Source of the DNA: Bugula neritina
Lineage: Eukaryota; Animalia; Bryozoa
DNA length: 64,000 nt
NCBI GenBank assembly: GCA_964035545.1
Contig: OZ037765.1
Span: 3,978,698 to 4,042,697, forward strand
Reading direction: 5' to 3'
Shown piece by piece: positions 46,501-57,800 of this stretch. Position numbers and translations under genes: made by a program. Position 1 is the first letter of the stretch; each line of letters begins with the position of its first letter. The notes below the pieces were generated by a model. That model ran no database searches and was not told where the DNA came from. It worked only from the letters and a program-made list of their open reading frames with translations.

Positions 46501-48970
46501 TCATTTTATTCTACACTATATTCCAATAGACAGTTTTTCTCTTTATGTTACAAGTTATTTTCCCATTTTTGATTGCATGTTTCTTTAATTCAATCAATTA
46601 AAGCAAAGCCCATATTGTGACCAAGTAGTGTCTATGTAGTCATCACACTGTATCTTACAGCTGAAAGAAACAGTGTCCTGCTACCATACATTAGTGACTC
46701 ACGTAATGGCTACATCAACGCAGTCTACTGTGATGTAAGTTAAATCTCTTTTCTCAATGTGAATGACTTTCCAGCACAAGCTACTATGCATTCTGTTTGA
46801 ATAGTAGTGCTTTAAAGCAAGTGAATACTATACAGTATGTATGTAACTCTGTACACAGGGCTACCAGAACAGAAGGGGGTTTATTGTGACTCAGACTCCT
46901 TTGACAGATACAGCTGAAGACTTCTGGCATATGACAGTAGACAACAAGTGCCCTGTTATAGTGTACCTGAATGACTGTCTGGTATGTAGATATACCATGT
47001 GTGTAGCCCTTCAGCACTATATGTCTCATGTGCTTTAAATTATTCAGCTACTTTTGATTGCGGACCGTTACGAAAAAGTCGTAATGGTCCACACACCAAA
47101 TTAGCTGAATAAATAGGGAAAAACATGGGAAATCAAGCAAAATTAAAACGAACTTTTATTATTTAGGTGTGTTTATTGATATTTTACTAGTTTTGGGCAA
47201 AAACCATGTTCATTAGCAGCTTTATTGTGAAAAATAGTTGAAAACTAGAGATTTCCAGTGTTGTACCAAATTAAGTAAAATGACACATATGCACTTGACA
47301 GTGAGAGAAAACTCCTATGTGGTTTCACTTTAGAATGAGAAAGTCTATATATTCTACTTCAAAATTGTTACTAAGGATGTATTACAATTTGAGAATATAC
47401 AAACATACACTTGACAGTGAGAGACAACTCCTATGTGGTTTCACTTTAGAATGAGAAAGTCTATTGGCCGACCCATTGAACTAATTATAGTTTCAGTTCA
47501 GTGGGCCGACCAATGGAGGTGAGAAGTTTCAGTTTGGTAAAGTGAGCATAGAGAATACATATTCTCAGGAAATACTGAATATGGAGACAGGAGGTGGTGT
47601 GGAGACAGAGTTGACGTGTATTCATGGAAATGTAAGAGATGGGACAATTTATTTACTTGACGTTACTTTATAACACAATTATGGTGTTTGAACAGATTAT
47701 TGATTATGTAACTTAGAATCAGACTATATTTCTTTTTTCATTAATTCATAATATTATGACTTATGGTTAATTAATTGGTTGGATACATATATAAGTATAG
47801 AATGTAGTTAGTATACTAAGGCATCATCAAGTAGACATTTGCCGCCTATTTCTGTGCATCAAAACTAACTGGTGTAACACTGACTTCAGTGCATGGGAAG
47901 ACCGTTGGTCTGTCAAATAAAGTAACCAAAAATTTTATTAAGTTATAGACTTTAAAAATAATAGGCGCTGGACGAAACAATCAGAATCAAGTTGTGCTTG
48001 ATTCTGGTCAGATGTTTAGGCCCAAAAACGGCATTTGTTAATTCATAACTGTGGGAGACCGTCTTTAATGATATACTGTTTTGCTGGTGCATTGACTTAT
48101 TTGGTTTATTGTTATGAATTGTGAATATATGTGGTATTACTGCTCGTGTATATTGTGATGCTACTATATAGATAATGCACAGAACAGCTCTGTTTTATCT
48201 GACCAACATTTTATTGATTTGGGGACTTTCTGTAGACCAGCCATGAAGTTACTCTGTTGGAAGTGAAGATTGCTGATGGTAAACTACTCTCAACCAATCA
48301 GCTTACAGCTCTCTGTAATAAACTAGAGAAGTATACAACTGCAGGTCATCCCCCCATTACAGTACAGTGTCTGTAAGTTACCTTCACACCTCACCCCCTC
48401 CTATCAGCAGCATATCTGTGATATTTGTAAACTCTAATATGACTCTAATATATGCACAATTTTAACCTGTGTTTTTATTTATGAAAACTGTTTTGTCAAT
48501 TTATTATATTTAGTTTGGAATTATCATCACTTGTCTGTTAAAGGATATGAATACAGAGTAATTATACTCACTGTGTTGTAGTAATGGTAGTAGACTGAGT
48601 GGTATTCTAGTGATAGCCATGAATCTCTACCTCAGAGCTCGTATGGAACAGGAAGTTGATGTTGTTTTGGAGGTGAAACTGGCTCGTAGAAGTAGACCTC
48701 AGTTTATAGCTGACTCGGTAAGTTCTCTACTTATCACACAGTCTCTCTGAACATATTCTCTTTATATTACTTTATGGAGACTCAGTCTGTGAATAGACCA
48801 AATGTTTGGTGAGACACTACAGTGTTTGCTAAATATATAATATTTTCATCCTGAAATATAAAATTGCATTTACTCATTATAATTCAATGTTGTAGGAGTC
48901 GTTTGACCTTCTCTATGAATTTGTGTCCTCTTATCTCTCTGACTTTAATGATTACTCCAACTTCCGCTAG
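28533..48970 (+). CDS. Receptor-type PTP, tandem copy 2; D2 exon 25 disrupted (truncated, rescued by a cryptic acceptor, or incipient pseudogene)
   Basis: Exons 28533-28584, 29665-29916, 31054-31317, 36475-36972, 37531-37848, 38060-38157, 38453-38639, 38826-38938, 39976-40186, 40345-40734, 40885-41044, 41128-41198, 41790-42028, 42762-42846, 43126-43196, 43528-43564, 44414-44511, 44596-44727, 45062-45201, 45656-45809, 46010-46114, 46256-46406, 46661-46734, 46859-46981, 47450-47631, 48236-48372, 48582-48717, 48896-48970. All are colinear with copy 1. Exon 25 has a 38-bp insertion giving NEKVYWPTH-stop. Confidence 0.85.
31782..36255 (-). mobile_element. Full-length Ty3/gypsy (Mag-like) LTR retrotransposon in intron 3 of PTP copy 2
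   Basis: 119-bp LTRs 31782-31900 and 36137-36255 (1 mismatch; 10-bp terminal inverted repeats TGTTATATTT...AAATATAACA). 5-bp TSD GATAA (31777-31781/36256-36260). PBS TGGCGACGA; PPT AAAGGGAGAA. Confidence 0.96.
32023..36075 (-). CDS. gag-pol: Single gag-pol polyprotein (1350 aa)
   Basis: Two CCHC knuckles (CWRCGRGHHPARC, CHSCGKRGHIKPMC), IDTGAS protease, YYDD RT, TCDAS RNase H, HHCC plus DDE integrase (RIHIDYAGP, SDNGPQF, GLAER). No internal stop. Confidence 0.95.
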   Translation of the reverse strand: MPVDNISEFKQDTEDWSTYKTRFTSWLIVNDINENEKRKAAFIAMLGSEAVSLLVSLSAPTSINEMDYTGLLELFDNHFGAKNEVAEAYVFDTRTQSPTESVSDFILALKALSTHCNFGPTEQLKQKLRNRLVAGVRSDTIRQALIREGTTLTWDNAVTLAKQMDDYQSSAMAKQALPSEPVNAVYSERQPTNRGPHASRSQASNSHTAPRLGPPLPAAKYSNSNYNTKCWRCGRGHHPARCRSKDANCHSCGKRGHIKPMCNGERIQTNIAQQYHPVHSYESDLSSDMANIGIASTLLAEKSNLSNPYSVTLQINDANVNMEIDTGASVSLIPYSLYQKHFSNVKLSPSNVKFCSFTGDVVNCEGKMEVNVKHFGQTKRMWLHVLGASKFALLGRDWLGELQINWQAIKSVVSSSVNGIERLLAAYPDIFKGQGLLKGSPVKLELVDGATPKCSKPYRVPIALQSVVDKELDRLINEGILTPVEHSSWSTSLLFIPKPDGSVRPCGDFKSTVNPLLKEVAPPQINMENILCDLAGNKYFSNLDFAQAYNQMVIHESSKELLTLVTHRGLYQYNRLPYGIKTAPSLWQNAIEHVLNGIEGVHIYYDDILVAGRTVEEHNHRLELVFKRIKEHGLKLKHSKCSFLKPEVKYLGHIINGEGIRPIPAKLDSILETEAPKDKSKVRSYVGLLNFYRRYLPNLAATVAPLNALLKANAKFVWDKTAQNAFEKSKNLLRENKLLVHFNPNLPVKLTCDASRVGIAAVLSQVIDDVERPIQFASRKLTSAQVLYPQIEREGLAVVFGLEEFRHFLYGRKFTLVTDNQALSRIFAPERGLPVMTAERIQRWALKLSGYDYTVEWRRSKDNRADFLSRYPDSVAASELNEEPHAFIFKVDNLGLPITSLQVAKLTAKDPTLCRVFRLVREGWPQKLCEADWDLNPFFARRNELSIMSGVVMWGNRVVIPRSLQNPLLKELHVEHLGICKMKSVARSFMWWPGLDKDIEATSRSCDSCMSMSNDPKAVNTHPWLPTTRPYQRIHIDYAGPVEGHMLLVVVDSYSKWPEVCVTKSTSSQSTINMLRPIFARWGVPMELVSDNGPQFCSEEFEAFLAHLSIKHKKSAPYHPATNGLAERFVQTVKSALRASQGLYLQYRLDRFLLAYCNAPHSTTGESPATLMLGRTLRTRLDCLKPDITSKLHDAGLIAIHREFDIGSDVWVRCYFGAVKWKKGVIIDQVGPLCYFVQVGEKKWKRHVDQLKHREAKIANDQNETTPLDISVQPFTGVPCDLISRNTPSSLSHLPPVSAPQTGPTSEHMEPRPDSLQTPATVSTPSAPVATPPEPRRSNRIRKPRVLLDL
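45166..45606 (+). repeat. Same 45-bp minisatellite in copy 2 (9 intronic units)
   Basis: 45202-45606 = 405 bp; two units have GT changed to AT at the donor. Confidence 0.95.
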
Positions 48971-51882
48971 AACTTGGCTCACATCTGCAGCTGTAGGAAG
49001 ATCTTGTCTGATGGATTTACACTGCACTATGTCTACTATACACATATGCACCTTTTTTCCATATTTTGCAAAGTTATTTTTCAATATTAATGCTTTATTT
49101 GGGAATATTTTTGATATTATAAAATGTATTTTTTTATTTCCGTTATATTTCTTAGCCTATCACCTATGCAAGGAAGTTCTTTCATGCTATTTCTATTTTA
49201 TAGTTTATTGTAAATTTTGATTTTTGTATTTATCTATTGATGTTTCTAAGTGATTCGATCAAATAAATTAAAATGTGATAATGAAACCATCTAAAACTTG
49301 AAATAAAAAATGCAGTTAGCAGTGCCTATAATGCTATCTGTCAGCTAAAATTAAGTTGGTGCTACTTTAAATTTATTTTATACATCCCTTATCACAATCG
49401 GACACAGCATACACTTTAACTTATCAGTTCAAGCTCATAGCATATTATTTGCCTTTTCTGGCAGCAATTTGTTTAGATCATCTTATTCTAGCATCTTGAA
49501 ACTTCACAAGCTTTCCTAAGTTACCTCAATGTTAAGCAGTCATACAAATATTTCAACCTTTCTCCCTGACTTACCCCGACTTTCACAACTAATCTATCAT
49601 CTCAACCAATGAGGAAGCATGATGTGTGTTGGTCATCACTTGAGTCCAAAACATGAATTTCACCACATTGTTTATTTCATGATTATAATAGAGTTCACTA
49701 GAAAGTGTTGGCTGAAGATCTGGCACAGTGCAGCTCTAATCAGCATACTATTCCCAACAAAAGAGAGCCACTACTACCTGCAAACCCAGTAGTTTGTTTT
49801 CAAATATTCATATTAATTGAGGAGTTTCAAAATGTAATTTGGTGACAATTTCTATATTTTATTTTACAGCAAGGTGCTATACATCTAAATAACTCTGCAA
49901 ACTGTAAACACTGCAAACTATTGGTGTTTTATATTCAGTAGTTGTTAACCCACCTGAGATGCTATACCTGCTTGCAGTATACTAAATTTAGGCCCAAGCA
50001 GTCTTATTTGACAAACAGTCACTGTGTTTATATTACAAGTAGTCTTGATCGGCAAAGACTTACTGTGTTCACATCAGCTAAGACCCACACATATAATTTC
50101 ATGCAGCAAATAATAGCATTCAATGCATAAATTATTACAACTTGTTTATCAAGATAAGTATCGTCCATGCCTGCAGTATTTTGTTACTTACATGAAATAC
50201 TAATTATTAATAAAGGGTCCAAATTTCTTAAATGTAAAACAAAAATGGTGCAAATATTGTTTTTGTTTCATAAACATGTGGTATGCAAACCTTGGCTTAT
50301 TATTTATAGACTCTATACTTTCTAGTCTATGACTGTGCGCAAACTAGTGGGCGTGGTTTAGCCTAACGCTACCTTGGCCCAGTACTCGTTATTTTTATGT
50401 TGCGTAGGAATTTAATTCGCGCACGCTCGTAAAAGTTACAGCGTGCCAAATGGATCATTTTTTTAAATAAGACCGTCTGCATCCCCTCCCCAGAGCGATT
50501 TATTAAGCCTTCGACATTTTCAAAGAAATGCCATCATCATCATCATGGGCTTATGGTTCGTTAGTTTCGAAAAGGCATTAAACTAAAACGTCCTTTTCTT
50601 TCAATCATCAATGATAGGCTATAGGTTAACAATAACTATTACTTTTGAAAAGTCTTAGCCTATTACTCAGGGCAGTCTCCGAAAGATAATATTCATTTTC
50701 AAAATAATCTTAGTGAAAGGTAGCCAGTTTTGAAAGTAGACGAATTAGAATTAAATGACACTCACACTGGCAAAGCTTGAAGTTTATAAATAATCAATTA
50801 ATTCGAGTTTTAAAGCGACTGACACTGGGCAGAAATACAAGTACGCATAAATATTGTAATTAATATTATCATTTATTTATAACTTGTATGATATCCATAT
50901 TGATATTCAACATTTAGATAACGGCTAAAACTAAAAGTAACTCACTCACTAGGACTCAGTGAGAATAATTCTAATAGCAATACCAAATACTAATGAAGTA
51001 ATATAATACTTAATACTAATAGTAATACTAATACTATGTTCATAGGCATCCACATACTTATAGTGATAATACTATGAAGTATAGTACTAGTAGTAAAACA
51101 ATAACTTGTGGTTGTAGTTATACACCTACACTTACAGTGAGTGTAATATTAAGTCTAATAGTAATAGTCATAGCCCATAGGCATAGCCATCAGTATCACT
51201 ATGTATTAGACTTAATCTGAAAATAACTATAACTTAGTATTAGTAATAGTTTTATGGATTAGTCTAACACTAACATGTATTGGGCTGAAACTGAAAATGA
51301 CTACAACTATTACTATTAGTATTAGACTAATCTATATTACTAATACTACTAATACATTTTCAGTTTCAATCCAATACATGTTAACTAGCACTATTACCTA
51401 TCACCTATGTTAATTTATGGCTGTATTACTATGTAATAGTAATAGTAATATATAGTATATGTAATAATTAATTATAATTATGATACAATAGAAAGTCTGC
51501 TTTAACTGAACTTGGATGGTTTTTGTTTCATGTCTGATTTATAGTAAGTGAACGATTATTTATATGCCTAGTCATTAGTCTTTTACTGAAAATAATATTA
51601 AATAATATAATATAGGTACATATAGTTAAATATATATAATACATAGTGATAGTATGTAAACTATATTTAGTGCAATATTACTAGTATGGGCTATCTATTT
51701 CTACAGTATCTCACTAGGAGCACATTCGAAAATAACAAAGGGGCTGATAAATTGCAGTGCTTTTTCGTGTAATTTAATTAGCTTTACTTTTTTTTATTCG
51801 TGTTGAAACTGTTAACATATATATTTCTAGGTTGGGTTATAAACTGAGACACTATTGTTAGTGGCTCTAATATTCTGGTGAA

Positions 51883-54800
51883 ATGGTGCTGCTGAAGTTG
51901 CAAGTAGCTGTATTTGTGTTAGCAACTGTTGATGGTAAGTGACTTCTTGATTATTATTTCAGCTGCAGTTCAATAATTTCTAACTGTAGGTTTGATTAAT
52001 TGTGCAAATGCATGTTTTAATGCAGTTGACTGTATTCAGCACAGCATTCTATATATAAAAGCTGATGCTGATATGAATATTTATGCCAAATAAACTGCCT
52101 TCAATGATAGCCTTACATCACTTACATCATAACTTTGCTGGTTGATAAGACATACAGCTGCCTGTTGTAGACATTACTGCTAGTCCCCTGTAATACAAGA
52201 ATGTCTCAAACTTCCTCTTACTATTCATTATATTCTTGTTTGTTTAGTAAATGGAACACTTAATATACCCTTTGTTGAACGTATTTTAGCATACACTCAA
52301 TCCTTTCATTTGCTAGCTGCAGTATCGTGAGCTGCTCCCTTCATATTGTGTAGTCAATAAAACTGCATTTGATAATTTATTCACTGGAACTATTTTAGCA
52401 ATCTTTTCTTTTTACTTCCCTCTTGAAGTTTCTTCCAGAAATCAGTTCTTTGTTATGGATTATATATGCAATCAGAATTTTAATTTGTTGTGAAAATGCT
52501 AAATGTATGTAATTGACCACCATTCAAGTATGAGTATTTTTTCTAAGAATAGAGCTCAGTGAAAAGTATGTGCTTTGTTAGTTAAATGTATTCTCACTAT
52601 AAACAAGCGATTTTGTCATTTGCTATTTGCAGCAAAAGTACTACTTCTCTCTTTAAATCTATTCAAGAACCTAACCATTAAAAGCTTTCTATTTAAATTT
52701 ATTGAAGTAAGAATATTGTCACTTTGATAGCTTAGCCATGTTTGCTGAGAATAGTAGAAACTAGAGAGAAATCTCGATAACTGAATTTAGAGATTGACTC
52801 CTCAACTTAAGAAAGTCCTTTAGTATTTTGAGTTTCTTAGCTTCTTTGTTGTAAATCCAGGGTAATAATTTATTACCATCAGTAAACTAAGATCTCCCAC
52901 ACTCTTGTTTTTTGTTTGTCTGGAGAATTCTTATGGAGAAGCATTGTCTATCTGTATTTTTACTATGTTTTATTTTAAACAAAACTTTACCTTCACTGTT
53001 TCAATTTTCAGCTTTAACCTGTGACTGGACATCAGGTGTAGGTAAACTAGAACCTTACATAACATCTGGTAGCATAAAGACACTCTCTGTAACCAATGAA
53101 GATGAGTGTAGAGCTCAGTGTATGCAGCAGACATCATTTATATGTGCCTCAATAAACTACAGAACTGATGATGGAAACTGTCAACTGTTAGCAGAGAATA
53201 CTCAGACTGCTATTATTAGTAGTTCTGATAGTCTGTGGAGATACTCTGTTAGACCAGACTGTGCTGGTGAGTATAAAATAATATTGAAGTTTGGATGAAA
53301 GTGTAGAGTAGATATATTAGACTAGACTGTAAAGTTTAATCCAGAAGCTCCCAATCTCCAGTGATTTGAGTACTAGGGAAAAGTTTGAGGGGAATACTCT
53401 GTTCATTCACAATAACTATTATTCATGTTTTTTCAATAATTTGTTTGTAATTTGCTATACCATGCACATTAACACCATAATATTCCGCATTAACTTGGAG
53501 GTGGTACTTCAAACTTTAGTGTGATTGAATAAGGTACATAGGCTAAATAGTTTTAGAACCAGTGCTTTAGATGGTGGGAAATGAATTGTGGGTAATTAAT
53601 ATTTTACTAGTATGTAATTTCTATGATTTCCTCGAATTTTTTTACAGTTTAAGTTCTTTTCTGTCATTGCCACAGAGTAAATGAGTTATTATATACTGCA
53701 CATATGTTGCTTTGTTTTCTAATTTAACTGACTAAAGCTAGAGTTGAAATTAAAGATAGAAATAACTTTTATCTGGTGCAGTATAATATGCAGTCAGCAA
53801 AGTTGAGAAATATACACAGTATATAATATATTTTTGCAAATTCAGTGGAGAATTTGTCCTAACAAATGTGAGACAGGCTTATGTCTAACTTTTAGGTTAG
53901 GCAACCATAAAATTCACAGTAATTCTTTGCAGTAGTTGAAGAGTAGTTACTGGTAATTGATTTTTTTCATCTTTGCTTATCCATTTGTAAATGTAATTCT
54001 TCCCTTTTTTTTCTTCTGTTCTGTGACATCAAGCATCGAACAAGCAATTATTATTTGTTCTGGAAGTTTCTCGACATGCAATTTACAATGATTAGCTCCA
54101 AGGATGTGCCAAATTAAAACCTGTTTTCAAATTTGTTTGTTGGAGCCTCATGTTCTGTAAAACTTAAAACTTAAAATGTTAAAAGTCTTATTCAGCTAAT
54201 TTGTCTTAAATTTTGCCTAATTTTGAAGACTTTGCTTTATTAATGTTATTTCACCAGGTATATTCATTAACTGAATATGTTAGCTTGGTGGCTGCTAGCC
54301 CCCCTCCCCCCCAATTATTTGTTTGTCACTGCAAGCTTAAATATTGTATTTCACAGGAATCTGGCAGCCATGGACAGCTACTAGAGGTGACTATCTACAA
54401 AATGGAGTACAGAAGTACAGCCAGACAAGTACATCAGACCTCAGAAACTGTATGAGTTTCTGTTTACAAGATGAAGACATCAGTTATAACTGTAGTTCTA
54501 TAGTGAAGTCAGTGAGTGGAGATCAATGTGAGATTGTCAACAAGAGATCAGATGATGCTGGAGTGACACCAGATAGAAATAAAGACTATCAGTATTTTAA
54601 CCTCCCTCTCTGGTATTCAGGTATGAGTGAAACCCTTAATTTTTAATTTGTATACAAGCTCTATTTAAGTAATACTTTATAGTTTATGTTATTAAAATCA
54701 AAGCAACTTACTTTTTTGACATTTGAATATAACTAATGAAGCTGTAGATGAGTAGTGTAATAGAAATGTATGTATGAATCTAATATATTGAGAATATATG

Positions 54801-57800
54801 GAGAGAGGTAATGGCCTTGATAAACTTGAATAAATCAACTGCATATCCTACTACTAGATACACTAACCGTGTGAAAAGTTTTACTTGTGTAGCAAAGTTT
54901 TGTGAAGTATTATTTTAATTGTGAAACAACAGCTGATTAATGCAATTGCAATAATAAGTTTCAAAATTAAATTGCCTTGAAAATGAAAATTTGGATATTT
55001 ACCTTTACAATATTTAACATATTGTACGTTTGATGGAATTTCACTTTAGTTAGAGTTAATAGTAATTATAACAGCAGAGGTATAAACGCAACTAGTAAAC
55101 TTTCCAAGTTTCTAATATTTTGTACTCTGAAAAATTTTCACGGTGCAACATTTTGTTTCTGTTTAGTTTTATACATATTATATATTTTTGTTATGTAGAT
55201 AACTCTGACAGTACAACCAACACAAACATATTAAATTATGGATCAGCTGGAACAGCTTTTATTTTATTCTTCAACTATAAGATAGAAGCAGACGGATATT
55301 TAGTTGGCTGGAAGTATATGATTGGTCATTCTACTGACTACTGTGACTCATATGCTGCTATCTGGAGACAGACAGGAGAAGGTAACTCTGCTGTATTCAA
55401 TCTGATTACAGAAACTCTACTCACACCTGAAGATGCATCTACAGGAGGAATCAGATTCCAGTTTGTACAGAACTCTACAAAAGTAGTTAAAAAAGGAGAT
55501 TTTCTTGCTCTGTATTTGGAATACGAGATGAAATCTGATTGTAAAGGTAACCTCGTCTCATATAGACCAAGTGTGTCACCTGATCCTTTAGCTTATATAC
55601 GTTTTCCAGCTAATCATAACAGAGACAGAGTAGACAGACTCACAGCTTTAGATGTTATACAAGAACGTAGAGGAGTAGCACTGAGAGCCCACATAGCAGG
55701 TGATTATAATACACTGGTGCGATGCCCTGTCTCGATTGTTTCTAATAAATAATGCACAACAAATAAATATGGCTATTTCATGTCTGTTTGTATGCACATT
55801 TTACTCATAGTTAAACTAAGTTGCAAACTTCTTTAGCTACTTTCACTGAATTGATAGCAAGGAATGTCAAATGATTTGTAGCGTATGCCTAATCCTTATC
55901 CAAACTAGGCTTTGCTCATTCTAATTGACTACCATGTTCTAGTTTGAGTTTACAGCCAAACACAATTATGCTATAGAGTATAAAATATGTGTTTTTATAT
56001 TTACATAGCTCTGTCAACACAACACAAAAATATTTTTTTAATCTGTAATCAACATAATCAATAATTTTTAGCAGTTTATATCTTTGTCTAAATTTTTCTG
56101 CTGTGTACTGTATTTAACAAGTTTTATGTGTGAAACCTGCATTCATTACACTACTTGACATTTTTTGAATAACTGTAAAGGAATGAGAATTATATTTTCA
56201 TGCTATTTGCTTAATCTTTTTAGAAATACCAAAGCTGTCTGGAGACCCAGAATCTTCTCACACAGATGTGTCACCAGGAGAAATCAGAATTACATGGGAA
56301 TTTCCAGCTACTGCACCCAATCAGGAGCTCACAACTACTCATTTTAAAATAGAATGTTTACACAACTCCAACTTCAACACAATAATAAGCTCTAAATTAG
56401 TTTCTATAGACTACAGAGAGACTGTAATTAGTAATCTGAGTATACAACAACCTTACTATGCTAGAGTATCTACTGTGAGGAATTATAATGGTGAAGAGTT
56501 AATACAAGATATCTATACAGTCAACTCTCTATTCTGCGCAGGTGTGGTTGCTGGACTAGTAACAATGTGTATAAAATTAAACCCTTAATTAAATTATTTA
56601 CATTATTCGTTGAAATATTCAGAGTTATGTTCCCTGTTTCTCAAATATAGGTTTCTGTCACTTCTACTAATACTATGGTGATACTCTATATTATTGTATT
56701 GAGATCATATTATAACTAACTAATTATGTAACTATATTCCCATATGTTATAGAAAGAGGTAAATTAACACCTGGAGAAGTTATCATAACAGAAAGGGGGA
56801 TTCTGAAACCAGAAGAAGAGAGAATAATCACTGTGTCTGTACCTTCACTAGTGAGTCTATATTTATATTTTTTTTTATATTTTCCTTAAAAATATATATA
56901 TATGTAGAAAGATATTTTGAGTAGTGTTGCTAATAGTTGTGTGCTACGGAATAAGAATAAAACCTGTATTTATCTGGTAGGTCTGTTTCACACCAGCTTT
57001 GCTCATCATAAGCATAGTTAATTTACAATTTAATAAAGCGATTCACATCAATATTGAATATACTCTCAAGTCAAAACAGCAAACTTCTGCTAAATTCTTT
57101 AATTAAATTAACCCTCAAATTATTTAAACTTATTCACTATAATAACAGGAAGCTGATGACTGTGTATCCAGTGTTACATTAACTTATGAAAGTGGACAAT
57201 TATCCAATCAGAGAAAGGAAGGACCATGGACTTTCACTATACAGCAAGGTGTGACCTTTGAACTGACTATTAAAGTAGCACTACTAGATGGATATGAGAA
57301 TATAATATGGCAGGAAACATACACAACTATTAAAGGTAGGTAGAAGTTGTTATTTCAAGTGTGTATAGTGTCATGTGGAGATAACTTTACTTTTGTTGAT
57401 TATATTGTGTGTTTCTTGTATTGCGAAGGTGTGGGCCATTGTACTTTGTTCTGTGCTGATGAGGGGACAAACCCTGTAACAGCTGCTGTACACCAACATA
57501 TTATATTTGTAGCCCCCAACCCACCAGATGTACTGACAGTTGACACCAGAACTTCTACTTCAGTTACCATCTCCTGGTCTCCAGTAGTTTATACGGATAA
57601 GATCTACTCCATTCAACATTATCAGGTGGGTATTATAACCATGAAATATCTCACTATTAATATAATGCTAAGGATACTTAAAACATATGCCAAAACTAAA
57701 TGGCTATCCCTATCCGTAATTTTCAACATTACGAAATTCGATTTTCTTACAGGTTATTTTTATATCTTCCGTGGCTTATAGGTTGTATCATACACGTGCC

